Below, one piece after another: positions 19,581 to 28,845 of a stretch of DNA of 64,000 bases. A program made the position numbers and the translations under genes. The first letter of the stretch is position 1. Each line of letters opens with the position of its first letter. The notes beneath the pieces were generated by a model, which saw nothing but the letters and a program-made list of their open reading frames with translations, did not search any database and was not told where the DNA came from. The DNA is taken from assembly GCA_965209115.1 (NCBI GenBank), contig CBDBQD010000002.1:327890-391889 (forward strand). Direction: 5' to 3'. The stretch comes from Acidimicrobiales bacterium. Lineage in GTDB: Bacteria > Actinomycetota > Acidimicrobiia > Acidimicrobiales > CATQHL01.

Positions 19581-19847
19581 GAGTGTTTTCCGAAGTCGTC
19601 ACCACCCCTTGCCACTGACATCATCGCCCACAATCACCACTTTCGCAACAGAAGCAACCGAACTAGGCTCTCGGTCCGGGCATCGATCCAGTCCCGGCAC
19701 GCCGAGAAGGCCGATCGCGACACTAGGCGGCGCCGCCCGCCGGCCCGCGACAATGCAGGCCGGATGGCCCGAGCCGGCGGGTCCCGTGCCGGCACCGGCG
19801 GTCCGGGCCGCCCGAGGCCCTGCCCCTGAGGCAAGTAGAATTCCCCC

Positions 19848-20822
19848 GTGCCAGTTGCACTCGTCACCGGTGTCACGGGTCAGGACGGCTCGTACCTTGC
19901 CGAATTCCTGCTGGCCAAGGGCTACGAGGTGCACGGCACCACGAGGCGCACGTCTCTGGACAACACCGCTCGGCTGCGGGGCGTCCTGGCCGATCCCGCC
20001 GCAGCGGAGCGGTTCCACCTGCACAACTCCGACATGACCGACGGGGCGTCGCTCGTGCGGCTCCTCGAGGCCACCCAGCCCGACGAGATCTACAACCTGG
20101 CGGCCCAGAGCCACGTGGCGGTGTCCTTCGAGGTGCCCGAGCAGACGATGCAGACCACGGGGCTGGGCCCGCTGCGCCTACTCGAGGGTCTGCGGTCCCT
20201 GGGCTCGACCGCTCGCTTCTACCAGGCCTCCTCCTCGGAGATGTTCGGATCGGCTGCGGTCCCCCAGAACGAGCACTCCCCGCTGCGACCCCGCTCGCCG
20301 TACGGCTGTGCCAAGGCTCTGGGGCACTGCCTCGTGAGCAGCTACCGGGAGGCGTACGGACTCTTCGCGGTCAGCGGCATCCTCTTCAACCACGAGAGCC
20401 CCCGGCGCGGCGAGACCTTCGTGACTCGCAAGATCACCCGGGGCGTGGCGGACATCCTGGCGGGCCTTACCGGCGAGTTGCGTCTGGGGAACCTCGACGC
20501 CCGGCGCGATTGGGGGTATGCCGGCGACTACGTCGAGGCGATGTGGTTGATGCTCCAGCAGGACGAGCCCGAGGACTACGTGGTCGGCACCGGGGTGGCG
20601 CATTCGGTGCGCGAGTTCTGCGAGCTGGCCTTCGAGCAGGCCGGCCTGCGCTGGCAGGACCACGTGCGAACCGATCCGCGGTTCGTGCGCCCGGCGGACC
20701 TGGACCACCTCGTCGCCGACCCCACGAAGGCGAACCGCGACCTCAGCTGGAAGCCCAAGGCGGACTTCGAGGGGCTCGTGTCGATGATGGTCGAGGCCGA
20801 CATCGGGCGAGCGCTGGTCTGA
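19848..20822 (+). CDS. gmd: GDP-mannose 4,6-dehydratase
   Basis: VTGVTGQDGSYLAEFLL, SSSEMFG, YGCAK and NHESPRRG motifs. Confidence 0.94.
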   Translation: MPVALVTGVTGQDGSYLAEFLLAKGYEVHGTTRRTSLDNTARLRGVLADPAAAERFHLHNSDMTDGASLVRLLEATQPDEIYNLAAQSHVAVSFEVPEQTMQTTGLGPLRLLEGLRSLGSTARFYQASSSEMFGSAAVPQNEHSPLRPRSPYGCAKALGHCLVSSYREAYGLFAVSGILFNHESPRRGETFVTRKITRGVADILAGLTGELRLGNLDARRDWGYAGDYVEAMWLMLQQDEPEDYVVGTGVAHSVREFCELAFEQAGLRWQDHVRTDPRFVRPADLDHLVADPTKANRDLSWKPKADFEGLVSMMVEADIGRALV

Positions 20823-20826
20823 AGCC

Positions 20827-22185
20827 GTGCGGGCGCTGCGATTCTGCATCGTTGGCGGCGGCCCGGCCGGCAACTCCTGCGCGTCGGTGGCCGCCCGGCT
20901 GGGTGCCGACGTCACCCTGATCGAGAAGGACATCCTCGGCGGCGCCGCCAACCTCTGGGACTGCATCCCGTCCAAGGCCATGATCGCCGCGGGCGGCGTG
21001 ATGTCGTTCGTCTCCCGCGCCACCGGTATGGGCCTGGACCCCGTGACACCGACCATGGACCTCGACGGTCTGCGGGAGTACATCGAGTCCACCCAGGAGC
21101 AGTTGAACCGGTCGCTCCGCCAGATGCTGGAGAGCCAGGGGGTGGCCATCGTCACCGGCACCGGGTCGCTGGTGGGGCCGAACGAGGTGGTCGCCGAGAC
21201 TCCCGACGGGCGGCGGGAGATCACCGCCGACGTGATCGTGCTGTCCACCGGCAGCCGTCCGCGAGTACCGGAGTGGTGCACGCCCGACGGTCAGCGCGTG
21301 CTCACCACCCGGCAGGCCTATCCGCCGCCGGAGGTCCCGCAGCATCTGGTGATCATCGGCTCGGGCGTGACCGGGGTGGAGTTCGTCCACATGTTCAAGA
21401 GCTTCGGCAGCGACGTGACGCTGATCGTGAGCCGCCAGCAGGTGCTGCCGGGCAAGGACCCCGAAGTGGCGGCGCTCCTCGAGGAGAGCTTCCTGGCCCG
21501 CAAGGTGAGTCTCTACAAGGGTGCCCGGGCCAATGCGGTGGACGTGGACGACGACGGCGTGGCGGTTCGCTGCAACGACGGGCGGGTCGCCAAGGGCACC
21601 CACGCCCTGCTGGCCGTCGGGGCGATCCCCAACTCCGAGGACCTGGGCCTGGCGGCGGCGGGCGTGGAGTCCACCGACGGCTACGTGACGATCGATCACA
21701 ACTGCCGGAGCTCGGTGCCGCACATCTATGCGGCCGGCGACCTCAGCGGCAAGGCGCTGCTCTCGTCGGTGGCGGCAATGCAGGGACGCAAGATCGCCGA
21801 GCACGCCATGGGGCTCCACAAGAACCGTCCGCACCGCCACATCGACTACAGCCAGGCCGCCTCCGCGGTGTTCACCGAGCCCGAGATCGCCGAGGTGGGC
21901 CTCACCGAGGCGGAGGCCACGGGACGGAAGATCCGGGTCACCAAGATGCCGTTCTCGGTCACCCCGAAGGCGCTCATCAACAACGACCCCCGGGGCTTCC
22001 TGAAACTGGTCTCGGACCCCGCCACGGGCGTGGTGCTGGGCGGATCCATCGTGGGCGGGCAGGCCGCCGAGCTGATCTCCGTGGTGGCGCTGGCCGTCAC
22101 CGCCCGCCTGACGGTGAGCGACATCTCCGAGACCCTCTTCGCCCACCCCACGCTCTCCGAAGCCCTCGGCGACGCCGCCGAGTAG
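20827..22185 (+). CDS. LpdA-like flavoprotein disulfide-reductase-family protein lacking the redox Cys pair (NAD(P)H quinone reductase type)
   Basis: IVGGGPAGN FAD motif. The site equivalent to GTCxxxGC reads GGAANLWDCIPSK, with only one Cys. HPTLSE at the C-terminus. Confidence 0.85.
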   Translation: MRALRFCIVGGGPAGNSCASVAARLGADVTLIEKDILGGAANLWDCIPSKAMIAAGGVMSFVSRATGMGLDPVTPTMDLDGLREYIESTQEQLNRSLRQMLESQGVAIVTGTGSLVGPNEVVAETPDGRREITADVIVLSTGSRPRVPEWCTPDGQRVLTTRQAYPPPEVPQHLVIIGSGVTGVEFVHMFKSFGSDVTLIVSRQQVLPGKDPEVAALLEESFLARKVSLYKGARANAVDVDDDGVAVRCNDGRVAKGTHALLAVGAIPNSEDLGLAAAGVESTDGYVTIDHNCRSSVPHIYAAGDLSGKALLSSVAAMQGRKIAEHAMGLHKNRPHRHIDYSQAASAVFTEPEIAEVGLTEAEATGRKIRVTKMPFSVTPKALINNDPRGFLKLVSDPATGVVLGGSIVGGQAAELISVVALAVTARLTVSDISETLFAHPTLSEALGDAAE

Positions 22186-22258
22186 CGTCCGCCCGAGCCC
22201 CGGCGTCACTACTGAGGTCGGACTCCCCGGACGCCTTCCGAGTTGCCGAGCCCCACCT

Positions 22259-22801
22259 ATGGCCGATCCGCCCCTCCCGAGCAGCACCCCGTCCGGCGAG
22301 TCCCCGAGTGAGGACCCCCGGACCGAGGAGCCCCGGGATGGCGAGCCCCAGGAATTCGTGCTGCAGGAGCCGCTCGGCTCGGTGCTGTCGCGGCTCGCCG
22401 CCCGGCTGTTCGACGCGGCGCTGATGTTGCTCGCCGTTCTGGCGAGCGCTCCGCTCCCCAACGGTGGACAGATCGCCTTTCTCGTGGCGGTGCCGATCCT
22501 CTACGAGACGATCATGGTGGCGACCGCCGGGCGGACGGCCGGCAAGATGATCATGGGGCTCCACGTGGTCCGGCGCTCCGACGGCGGCCGCCCCGAGTGG
22601 CTGCCGTCGCTGGCTCGAGGTGCTCCGGCGGGGATCCTGGCGGCCGGCGCGGTGCCGGCTGCAGTGGTCGTGGCGGTGTGCATTCTCCCGATGGTCGGTG
22701 ACGTCCGCCTGCAGCGCAGCCTGCAGGATCGCATCGCCCGCACCGTCGTCGTCCAGCGCCAGCGCCTCTGGGGTGCCGGGTCCGCCCCGGGCACGTCCTG
22801 A
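22259..22801 (+). CDS. RDD family membrane protein
   Basis: Acidic/Pro N-terminus, then TM segments around LAARLFDAALMLL and GRTAGKMIMGLHVVRRSDG. Confidence 0.75.
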   Translation: MADPPLPSSTPSGESPSEDPRTEEPRDGEPQEFVLQEPLGSVLSRLAARLFDAALMLLAVLASAPLPNGGQIAFLVAVPILYETIMVATAGRTAGKMIMGLHVVRRSDGGRPEWLPSLARGAPAGILAAGAVPAAVVVAVCILPMVGDVRLQRSLQDRIARTVVVQRQRLWGAGSAPGTS

Positions 22802-22861
22802 CTACCAGCCGGCAGGCCCGGCGACACGCTCCAGAGATGGCAGGCCCGGCGGCGCCGCGGC

Positions 22862-23767
22862 TCAGGCGTCGGTGTATTCGTGCTTCTGCGAGCCGAAGAT
22901 CGTGGGGCGACCCGTGCGAGCGAAGTCGGGGGCGCCGTGCATCCGGCGACCGTGGACGGTGAGCATCTGGGAGGCTACGCCGCCGCAGATACGCCCGCCG
23001 TGCGCGTCGAGGGCGTCGTTCAGGCCGATCTGGGCAATGGGGTAGGAGTCGATCGCCGAGTAGGTCTGCAGCAGCAGCGGGCGAGGCCGCGTCGAATTGT
23101 TCGGCAGCGAGCCGTGGATCATGCAGCAGTTGTGGACAGTGACCGACCCCGCAGGGCCGCCGAGGTACACGATCCGGTCGAGGTCCAGGCCCGCGACATC
23201 GGCATCGTTGATTGCGCCGGCCCAGGATCCGTCAGTTCCGTACAGGTCGTACAGCGGGCCGAGATGGCTGCCGGGGAGCACGCCCATCGGCGCCATGTCC
23301 TCGTCGACGTCACTGAGGTAGACGCCGATCGTGAGGGGCGTGTAGTCGGTGTGGGGCCAGAACTGGATGTCCTGATGCCACTTCACCTCCGCGCCGCCGC
23401 CGGACCACTTGAAGTTGAGCTTGGAGTGGTGATACCGCACCGGCCCGCCCAGCAGCGCCGCGGCGAGCTGCGCGGGCGGACCCTCGAAGGTGAACCGCGC
23501 ATACGTCGGATGCCGCTCGACCGGGTAGTTCAGGCGACGCAGTTTCGGGGTCTGCGCCGTATGCGAAGGTTCGAGGTCGAACTCCTCGCCCGAGGAGGTC
23601 TCCGATCGGCTGGCCTCCACGAACTCCGCGGTGACGGCGTTCAACTCGTCGAGCCACTCCTGTCCGACGAAGCCCAGCAGGCACAGGTAGCCGTTCTCCT
23701 CGTACTCGGCTCGTTGCGCGTCGGTGATGAGACCTGCGGTGTTCGGGGGTGCTTCTGCAAGCGTCAT
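22862..23767 (-). CDS. phytanoyl-CoA dioxygenase (PhyH) family Fe(II)/2OG oxygenase
   Basis: WHQDIQFW (HxD) and the later GSVTVHNCCMIHGS motif. ATG 23767 (MTLAEAPP). The track ORF extension to 24358 is antisense to fxsA and Arg/Pro/Ser-rich. Confidence 0.85.
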   Translation of the reverse strand: MTLAEAPPNTAGLITDAQRAEYEENGYLCLLGFVGQEWLDELNAVTAEFVEASRSETSSGEEFDLEPSHTAQTPKLRRLNYPVERHPTYARFTFEGPPAQLAAALLGGPVRYHHSKLNFKWSGGGAEVKWHQDIQFWPHTDYTPLTIGVYLSDVDEDMAPMGVLPGSHLGPLYDLYGTDGSWAGAINDADVAGLDLDRIVYLGGPAGSVTVHNCCMIHGSLPNNSTRPRPLLLQTYSAIDSYPIAQIGLNDALDAHGGRICGGVASQMLTVHGRRMHGAPDFARTGRPTIFGSQKHEYTDA

Positions 23768-23819
23768 GCCCAAACCATACCGGGCGAGTCTGCCTCGCAT
23801 CTCCGATGACCCGCCCCTA

Positions 23820-24380
23820 GTGCCTACGCTGAGGGTGGTGTTCATCGTCCTGTTGCTGGCGCTGCTGGGTATTCCGGTTGCGGAGATCTTCTTCATCATC
23901 CGGGTGGCTCGCGACCTGGGCATACCCGAGACCATCGGCCTGCTGGTGGCGGTGTCGCTCGTCGGGGCTTGGTTGGTGCGCCGCTCGGGCCTCGGCGTGC
24001 TGCGCCAGATCCAGGAGCGGCTCGCCCGGGGCGAGATCCCCGGGAAGGAGCTCGTGGACGGTCTGCTGATCCTCGTCGGTGGTGTGCTGATGCTGACGCC
24101 GGGCTTCCTGACCGACGCCGTGGGATTGCTGCTGCTCGTGCCACCGACACGGCTCGCGTTGAGGGCACTGCTGGTGCGCCGGTACAGCAAGAGGCTCCGG
24201 GTCGCCGGCTGGACTCCGGGCCAAGGATTCTTCGGCGGCTTCTCGGGCGGCGCCTTCGGCGGGTTCGGATCCGGGCCCGGTTCGGGCGGCGGGCCGGACC
24301 GGGGTGACGTTCGCGACGTCCGGGAGCCGCGAGCCCTGCGCAAGGGCCGACGACGCAAGGGGAGACCCGACTACAGCTAG
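23820..24380 (+). CDS. fxsA: FxsA family membrane protein
   Basis: LLALLGIPVAEIFFIIRVA...LVGGVLMLTPGFLTDAVGLLLLVPPTR is typical FxsA, followed by a Gly-rich tail. GTG starts at 23820, 23835 and 23838. Confidence 0.8.
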   Translation: MPTLRVVFIVLLLALLGIPVAEIFFIIRVARDLGIPETIGLLVAVSLVGAWLVRRSGLGVLRQIQERLARGEIPGKELVDGLLILVGGVLMLTPGFLTDAVGLLLLVPPTRLALRALLVRRYSKRLRVAGWTPGQGFFGGFSGGAFGGFGSGPGSGGGPDRGDVRDVREPRALRKGRRRKGRPDYS

Positions 24381-24382
24381 AT

Positions 24383-24456
24383 GCGCACATAGCGCTTCGG
24401 TGCGCCGCTCGCTCCCTCAGGATCCGAACGCGGGCAACTCGAAGCGCATAGTGCGC
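24383..24456. other. long imperfect hairpin between convergent fxsA and the metE-like gene
   Basis: gcgcacatagcgcttcg (24383-24399) pairs with cgaagcgcatagtgcgc (24440-24456) as 6 bp + 3-nt bubble + 8 bp, with a loop of about 40 nt. Confidence 0.3.
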
Positions 24457-24491
24457 CGGGCGATGCCGGCGCAGCCTTCCTGAGTTGCCCT

Positions 24492-25529
24492 TCAGGCTCC
24501 CAGTTCCGCTCGCACGATGGCCGCCCCCGCGGCAAGCGCCGACAGCTTGGCGAATGCGACCTCGCGTGACAGGTACTTCATGCCGCAGTCGGGTGCGGGG
24601 ATCAGCCGCTCCGGCGACGTGTGTCGCAGGGCGGCGCGTATCCGCTGCGCCACCGTCTCCGGGTCCTCCACCTCGTCGTTACCGTTGTCGATCACGCCGA
24701 GCACCACGGTCTTGTCGGGCAGCCGCTCCAGGATGTCCAGTTCGATGCCGGGCTGCGCGGCCTCGATGGAGATCTGATCGATCGCGCTGACGTTCAGCTC
24801 CGGCAGGAAGGCGTAGGCGTCCGGTTTCCCGAGCCCCCGCCAGGCGTGGATGGCGGCGTACCCGAAGCACATGTGCAGCACCGTCGTCCCGGTGACCCCG
24901 TCGAGCGCCTCGTCGAGCACCTCGACCGCGTACTGGAGGGCCTGCTCTGGACGGGCCTGCATGTACGGCTCGTCGAGTTGCACCACGTCGGCCCCGGCGT
25001 CGAACAGGTCCTTGAGCTCCCGGTTGACCACCTTGGCGTAGGCCGACGCCGCCTTCCGCTCGTCCCCGTAGTGATCGTCCTGGGCCTGCTGGATCAGCGT
25101 GAACGGTCCGGGCAGGGTCAGCTTGACGGTGCGGGTGCTGTGGGCCCGCAGCAACTCCAGGTCGCGCACACAGATGGGCTCGGGCCGGCGTATCGGCCCG
25201 GCGATGCGAGGCACCGGGTTCGGCTTGCCGGTGCGGTCCATGGCGCTGCCGTGGCGCTCGAGATCGATGCCCCCCAGAGCGGTGGCGAAGTGGTTGGAGT
25301 AGCTCTCGCGCCGGATCTCGCCGTCGGTGATGATGTCCACGCCGCTGCGTTCCATCTCCCCGATCGCCACGATGGTGGCGTCGTCCTGGGCCTCGGCGAG
25401 GCGTTCCGGCGGGATCCGCCAGAGTTCCCGCGCCCGCACCCGCGGCGGCAGTCGCGTGCACAGCGCGGGCCGGTCGATCAGCCAGTCAGGCTGCGGATAG
25501 CTCCCCACCACGGCTGTCGGCAGCAGCAC
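24492..25529 (-). CDS. cobalamin-independent methionine synthase-like (MetE C-terminal domain family) methyltransferase
   Basis: LLPTAVVGSYPQPDWL, ITDGEIRRESY, and a C-terminal PDCGMKY zinc-ligand region. Confidence 0.85.
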   Translation of the reverse strand: MLLPTAVVGSYPQPDWLIDRPALCTRLPPRVRARELWRIPPERLAEAQDDATIVAIGEMERSGVDIITDGEIRRESYSNHFATALGGIDLERHGSAMDRTGKPNPVPRIAGPIRRPEPICVRDLELLRAHSTRTVKLTLPGPFTLIQQAQDDHYGDERKAASAYAKVVNRELKDLFDAGADVVQLDEPYMQARPEQALQYAVEVLDEALDGVTGTTVLHMCFGYAAIHAWRGLGKPDAYAFLPELNVSAIDQISIEAAQPGIELDILERLPDKTVVLGVIDNGNDEVEDPETVAQRIRAALRHTSPERLIPAPDCGMKYLSREVAFAKLSALAAGAAIVRAELGA

Positions 25530-25595
25530 GTCGCGGAGCCTAACGGACGCGCCCGCCCTGCCCGGCCCCCAAGCACCAATGGCTGCCGGAGCAGT

Positions 25596-26567
25596 TCAAT
25601 CGAAGAGGGTCGGCGCGGACGTAGGTGATAGCTGTTCTGGGAGGAGTCTCTCGCCGCTGGCAGATTTCGCGGGTTCCAGCACCGCCGCCTCGAGTTCCTC
25701 GAGCGACGTGACCGGCACGGCACCACGCTCAACCAGCTTCGCATTCCCCGGACCCTCGCCCGGCCCTCGCCACACGGCGACCTGTCCGAGGCCGCGCCTG
25801 AGGGCCTCCGTTGCACCGGACCATGTGCCGCCCGTGTCAATGTCGGCGGTGACCACCAGTGTCACAGCCGACAGGGCATAGATCAGCTTGTTGCGCCCCA
25901 TGGCGTTGCCCACGCTGAAGGGCGCCTCGGGGCTGTACGGCGTGCACATCACGGTGCGCCCCTCGTGGATCGCCCGGCGCACGTCGGCACTACGGAGCTT
26001 GCGTGCCAACGACTCCGCCAGTACCCCCACTACCGATCCGCCGGCCTGGAATGCTGCGTTCATGGCGGTCTGATCGATGCCACGCGCGCCACCGGACACC
26101 ACCGGCAGACCCAGCCGGGCCGTCAGTTCGGCCGCCGCCGTGGCGAGATCAGCCCCCTCGGGCGACACGTCTCGGCTGCCTACAACCCCTACGCCTGGCT
26201 CGTCGAGCGACTCGACGGTGCCAGCCGCATACAGCAGTGCCGGCGCGGTCGCACCCAGCAGGTCGATGAACCGACGCGGGTAGTGATCCTCGAACGGGGT
26301 GAGTGTCGAGATCCCGGTCTGATCGAGACGGTCCAACTCGAGGGCCATTCCCATCGCCCGATCCAGCAGTGTCGCGATCCGGACCGCTAGGTCTCCCGCA
26401 AGCCCGTGCTCGGCTGCGAGCTGCTCGACTCCCAATCCCAGCAGCGCGCTCGGCTTTGCGACCCGATTGCAGAGGTCCCAGAACTCCGGTGCCTTGAGCG
26501 GCTTGACAGGCTCGTCGCGCAGCCGACCGACCAGCAGGATCGTCGCCAGCGAATCTTCGTTCACCAT
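25596..26567 (-). CDS. DprA-like (SMF/SLOG Rossmann) protein
   Basis: Core GVGVVGSRDVSPEG...LPVVSGGARGIDQTAMNAA...GNAMGRNKLIYALS...TGGTWSGATEAL matches the DprA fold motifs. GTG 26600 is an alternative start. Confidence 0.8.
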   Translation of the reverse strand: MVNEDSLATILLVGRLRDEPVKPLKAPEFWDLCNRVAKPSALLGLGVEQLAAEHGLAGDLAVRIATLLDRAMGMALELDRLDQTGISTLTPFEDHYPRRFIDLLGATAPALLYAAGTVESLDEPGVGVVGSRDVSPEGADLATAAAELTARLGLPVVSGGARGIDQTAMNAAFQAGGSVVGVLAESLARKLRSADVRRAIHEGRTVMCTPYSPEAPFSVGNAMGRNKLIYALSAVTLVVTADIDTGGTWSGATEALRRGLGQVAVWRGPGEGPGNAKLVERGAVPVTSLEELEAAVLEPAKSASGERLLPEQLSPTSAPTLFD

Positions 26568-26634
26568 TTCAGCGGCTTCCCCGACGATGCCGGCCGGCAC
26601 CGGTCGAAGGATGGACGGACTCGGGTGCTGGTGC

Positions 26635-28755
26635 TCATTGCACCGACCTCCCGGCTGTGTCGGTGAGGGCGAACGGGAACACCGGGCCGGCGCCAGCCTC
26701 CCGAAGCTCCGTGCCGACAACGGCCAACGTCCACCGGGAGTCGACGATGTCGTCCACGAGCAGGACCGGCCCGGCAGGGACGTCCGCGCGGACCTCGAAG
26801 GCGTTCTGAACATTGCGGTACTGCTGGGGACTGTTCTGCATCGTCTTCTGTGGCTTGGTGTCCCGGATTTTCGCGATGACATCTTCACACGGGAGGCCGA
26901 GCGATGCGGCGAGCCGCCCCGCGAAGTCCGCGACCAGTCCGGGATTCTGCCGCGACGGCACGAAGGTGACCCAGGTCGGTGACGGCTCCGGGTCCCATCG
27001 GTTCCTGATCAGATCCGCCGCGGCGCTCACGAGCTGATCTTCGAACCGCCCGGCCTCCTCCTTCCCTGCCCGGACGAGGTTCCCCCATCCGCCGTCCCCC
27101 CAGACACTCAGCGATCGGCCTTGCTCGTGACGCCGGTCGATGGGGATGATTCCGCCGACGGGCAATCGCTGGCGAGGTTCGATGATCCGTTCGCCTCGGC
27201 GAAGATGGTCGACCGCTCGCTGCACGGTTTCGGGATCGAGCGGAACTTCGAAGCCGCTGCCCGAGCAGTTGTCGCAGATGCCGCACGGCTCGGAGGTCTG
27301 ATCGTCGAGGTAGGAGCCCAGGAGTTGCATCCTGCACCAGTCGGTGGCGACGTACTCGAGCATCTCTTCCTGCTCGGCGACCCGCAGAGCAGTCACCGAC
27401 TCGACACGCTCGTGGTCGTACGACCACTGGCGCAGTGTCCTGGTCCAGCGACTGCCGACGCGCTCGATGGCACCATCGACCTCCAGGTTCTTGAGGAGGG
27501 ATGCGATCTGGCTGGGCCGAACGTTGAACGACTCGAGCAGGTCGCTCCTGGTCATCGGTACGGCGCGTTCGGCGAGGCGTGCGACGACCTGTTCGGCGAG
27601 GTCGGCCGGCGGAAACGCGGAACGGATGAAGAAGTCCTGGATGTCGGCGTCCTCGCTGCCGCGGAGCAGGATCCCCCATGACTCGCTTAGCCCTCGTCCG
27701 GCTCGACCGACCTGCTGGTAGTACGCAATCGGCGACCCCGGTGACTGGTAGTGGATGACGAAGGAGAGATCAGGCTTGTCGAAGCCCATGCCGAGAGCAG
27801 AGGTTGCCACGACCACCTTCACGTCGTTCGAAAGAAGGTCCTGCTCGGTCTCGATGCGCTCGTCGGAGTCTGTCGAGCCGCTATAGGCGACGGCCACGAT
27901 CCTGGCCGACTTCAACCACTCGGCCACGCGTTCGGTGTCAGCGATCGTGAGGCAGTAGACGATGCCCGTGCCTGGCAGCATGGGGATCACATGGGCAAGC
28001 CAAGTCAGGCGCTGTGCTTGACTCGGCATTTCGAGCGCGTGGAGCCGGAGCCCGGACCGTCGCAGCGGTCCCCGCACGGGGCCGAGGCTTGAACCCAGTT
28101 GGTTGGTTACGTCGTCGATGACGCGATCGTTCGCGGTTGCCGTGCAGCACAGGATGGGCACTCCGGCGGGGAGGAGTTCTAGAACCCGTCTGATCCGCCG
28201 GTAGTCCGGACGGAAGTCGTGGCCCCAGTCGGAGATGCAGTGCGCCTCGTCGACCACCAGCAGACCACTGCGACTCCCGATCTTGGGCAGCACCTCGGAG
28301 CGAAAGTCGGGGTTGGCCAAGCGCTCAGGTGAGATCAGCAGCAGATCGACGGCCCCCCGGTCGAGTCCGTCCAGCACCCGAGGCCAGTCCTCGCGGTTGG
28401 CGCTGTTGATCGTCTCGGCCTGCACGTCCATCCGGCGGGCTGCGTCGATCTGGTTGCGCATGAGCGCCAGCAGCGGAGACACCAGCAGGGTCGGGCCGTT
28501 GCCCCGGTCGCGCAGCATGCGGGTGGCGATGAAGTACACGGCGCTCTTGCCCCACCCGGTCCGCTGAACGAGCAGCACTCGCTCCCGCCGTCCCACGAGC
28601 CGTTCGATCGTCTCCAATTGGTTCGGGCGGAAGTCCGATCCCGGATCTCCGGTGAGCCTCCGCAGCAAGCCCAGCGCCTCGCCGGCGAGCGATGGCTCCG
28701 CGGTTGGATGGCCGTCTGATCCCGGTCCTGGTGAGCCATCCGTCATGATGTGCAC
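26635..28755 (-). CDS. RecQ-family SF2 helicase fused to a C-terminal ComFC/phosphoribosyltransferase-like domain
   Basis: QRTGWGKS, VVDEAHCISDWGHDFRPDY, ATSALGMGFDKPD and QQVGRAGR helicase motifs. A Cys cluster CGICDNC. The C-terminus ends in the PRPP-loop-like VLLVDDIVDSRWT. Confidence 0.85.
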   Translation of the reverse strand: MHIMTDGSPGPGSDGHPTAEPSLAGEALGLLRRLTGDPGSDFRPNQLETIERLVGRRERVLLVQRTGWGKSAVYFIATRMLRDRGNGPTLLVSPLLALMRNQIDAARRMDVQAETINSANREDWPRVLDGLDRGAVDLLLISPERLANPDFRSEVLPKIGSRSGLLVVDEAHCISDWGHDFRPDYRRIRRVLELLPAGVPILCCTATANDRVIDDVTNQLGSSLGPVRGPLRRSGLRLHALEMPSQAQRLTWLAHVIPMLPGTGIVYCLTIADTERVAEWLKSARIVAVAYSGSTDSDERIETEQDLLSNDVKVVVATSALGMGFDKPDLSFVIHYQSPGSPIAYYQQVGRAGRGLSESWGILLRGSEDADIQDFFIRSAFPPADLAEQVVARLAERAVPMTRSDLLESFNVRPSQIASLLKNLEVDGAIERVGSRWTRTLRQWSYDHERVESVTALRVAEQEEMLEYVATDWCRMQLLGSYLDDQTSEPCGICDNCSGSGFEVPLDPETVQRAVDHLRRGERIIEPRQRLPVGGIIPIDRRHEQGRSLSVWGDGGWGNLVRAGKEEAGRFEDQLVSAAADLIRNRWDPEPSPTWVTFVPSRQNPGLVADFAGRLAASLGLPCEDVIAKIRDTKPQKTMQNSPQQYRNVQNAFEVRADVPAGPVLLVDDIVDSRWTLAVVGTELREAGAGPVFPFALTDTAGRSVQ

Positions 28756-28845
28756 CCTACGAGGGGGCTGTGACAGAGCCGCCAGGGCCCGTCCTCGTGA
28801 CCGCGTGTTGTGACCAGCCGGTGGTCGTTTGGGAGGAGCGATAGG

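Noticed and set aside
19581-19847. 267-nt divergent intergenic region (SpoIID-like / gmd), examined for an RNA gene or riboswitch. The gaps 41454-41704 and 62758-62949 were examined the same way.
   Set aside because: I could recognise no tRNA cloverleaf, conserved riboswitch core or strong terminator by eye. A covariance-model scan (Infernal/Rfam, tRNAscan-SE) would be needed to exclude them.
23768-24358. N-terminal extension of the PhyH ORF (track ORF 22862..24358).
   Set aside because: The extension is antisense to the well-supported fxsA gene and is Pro/Arg/Ser-rich. The PhyH family signature starts after ATG 23767.
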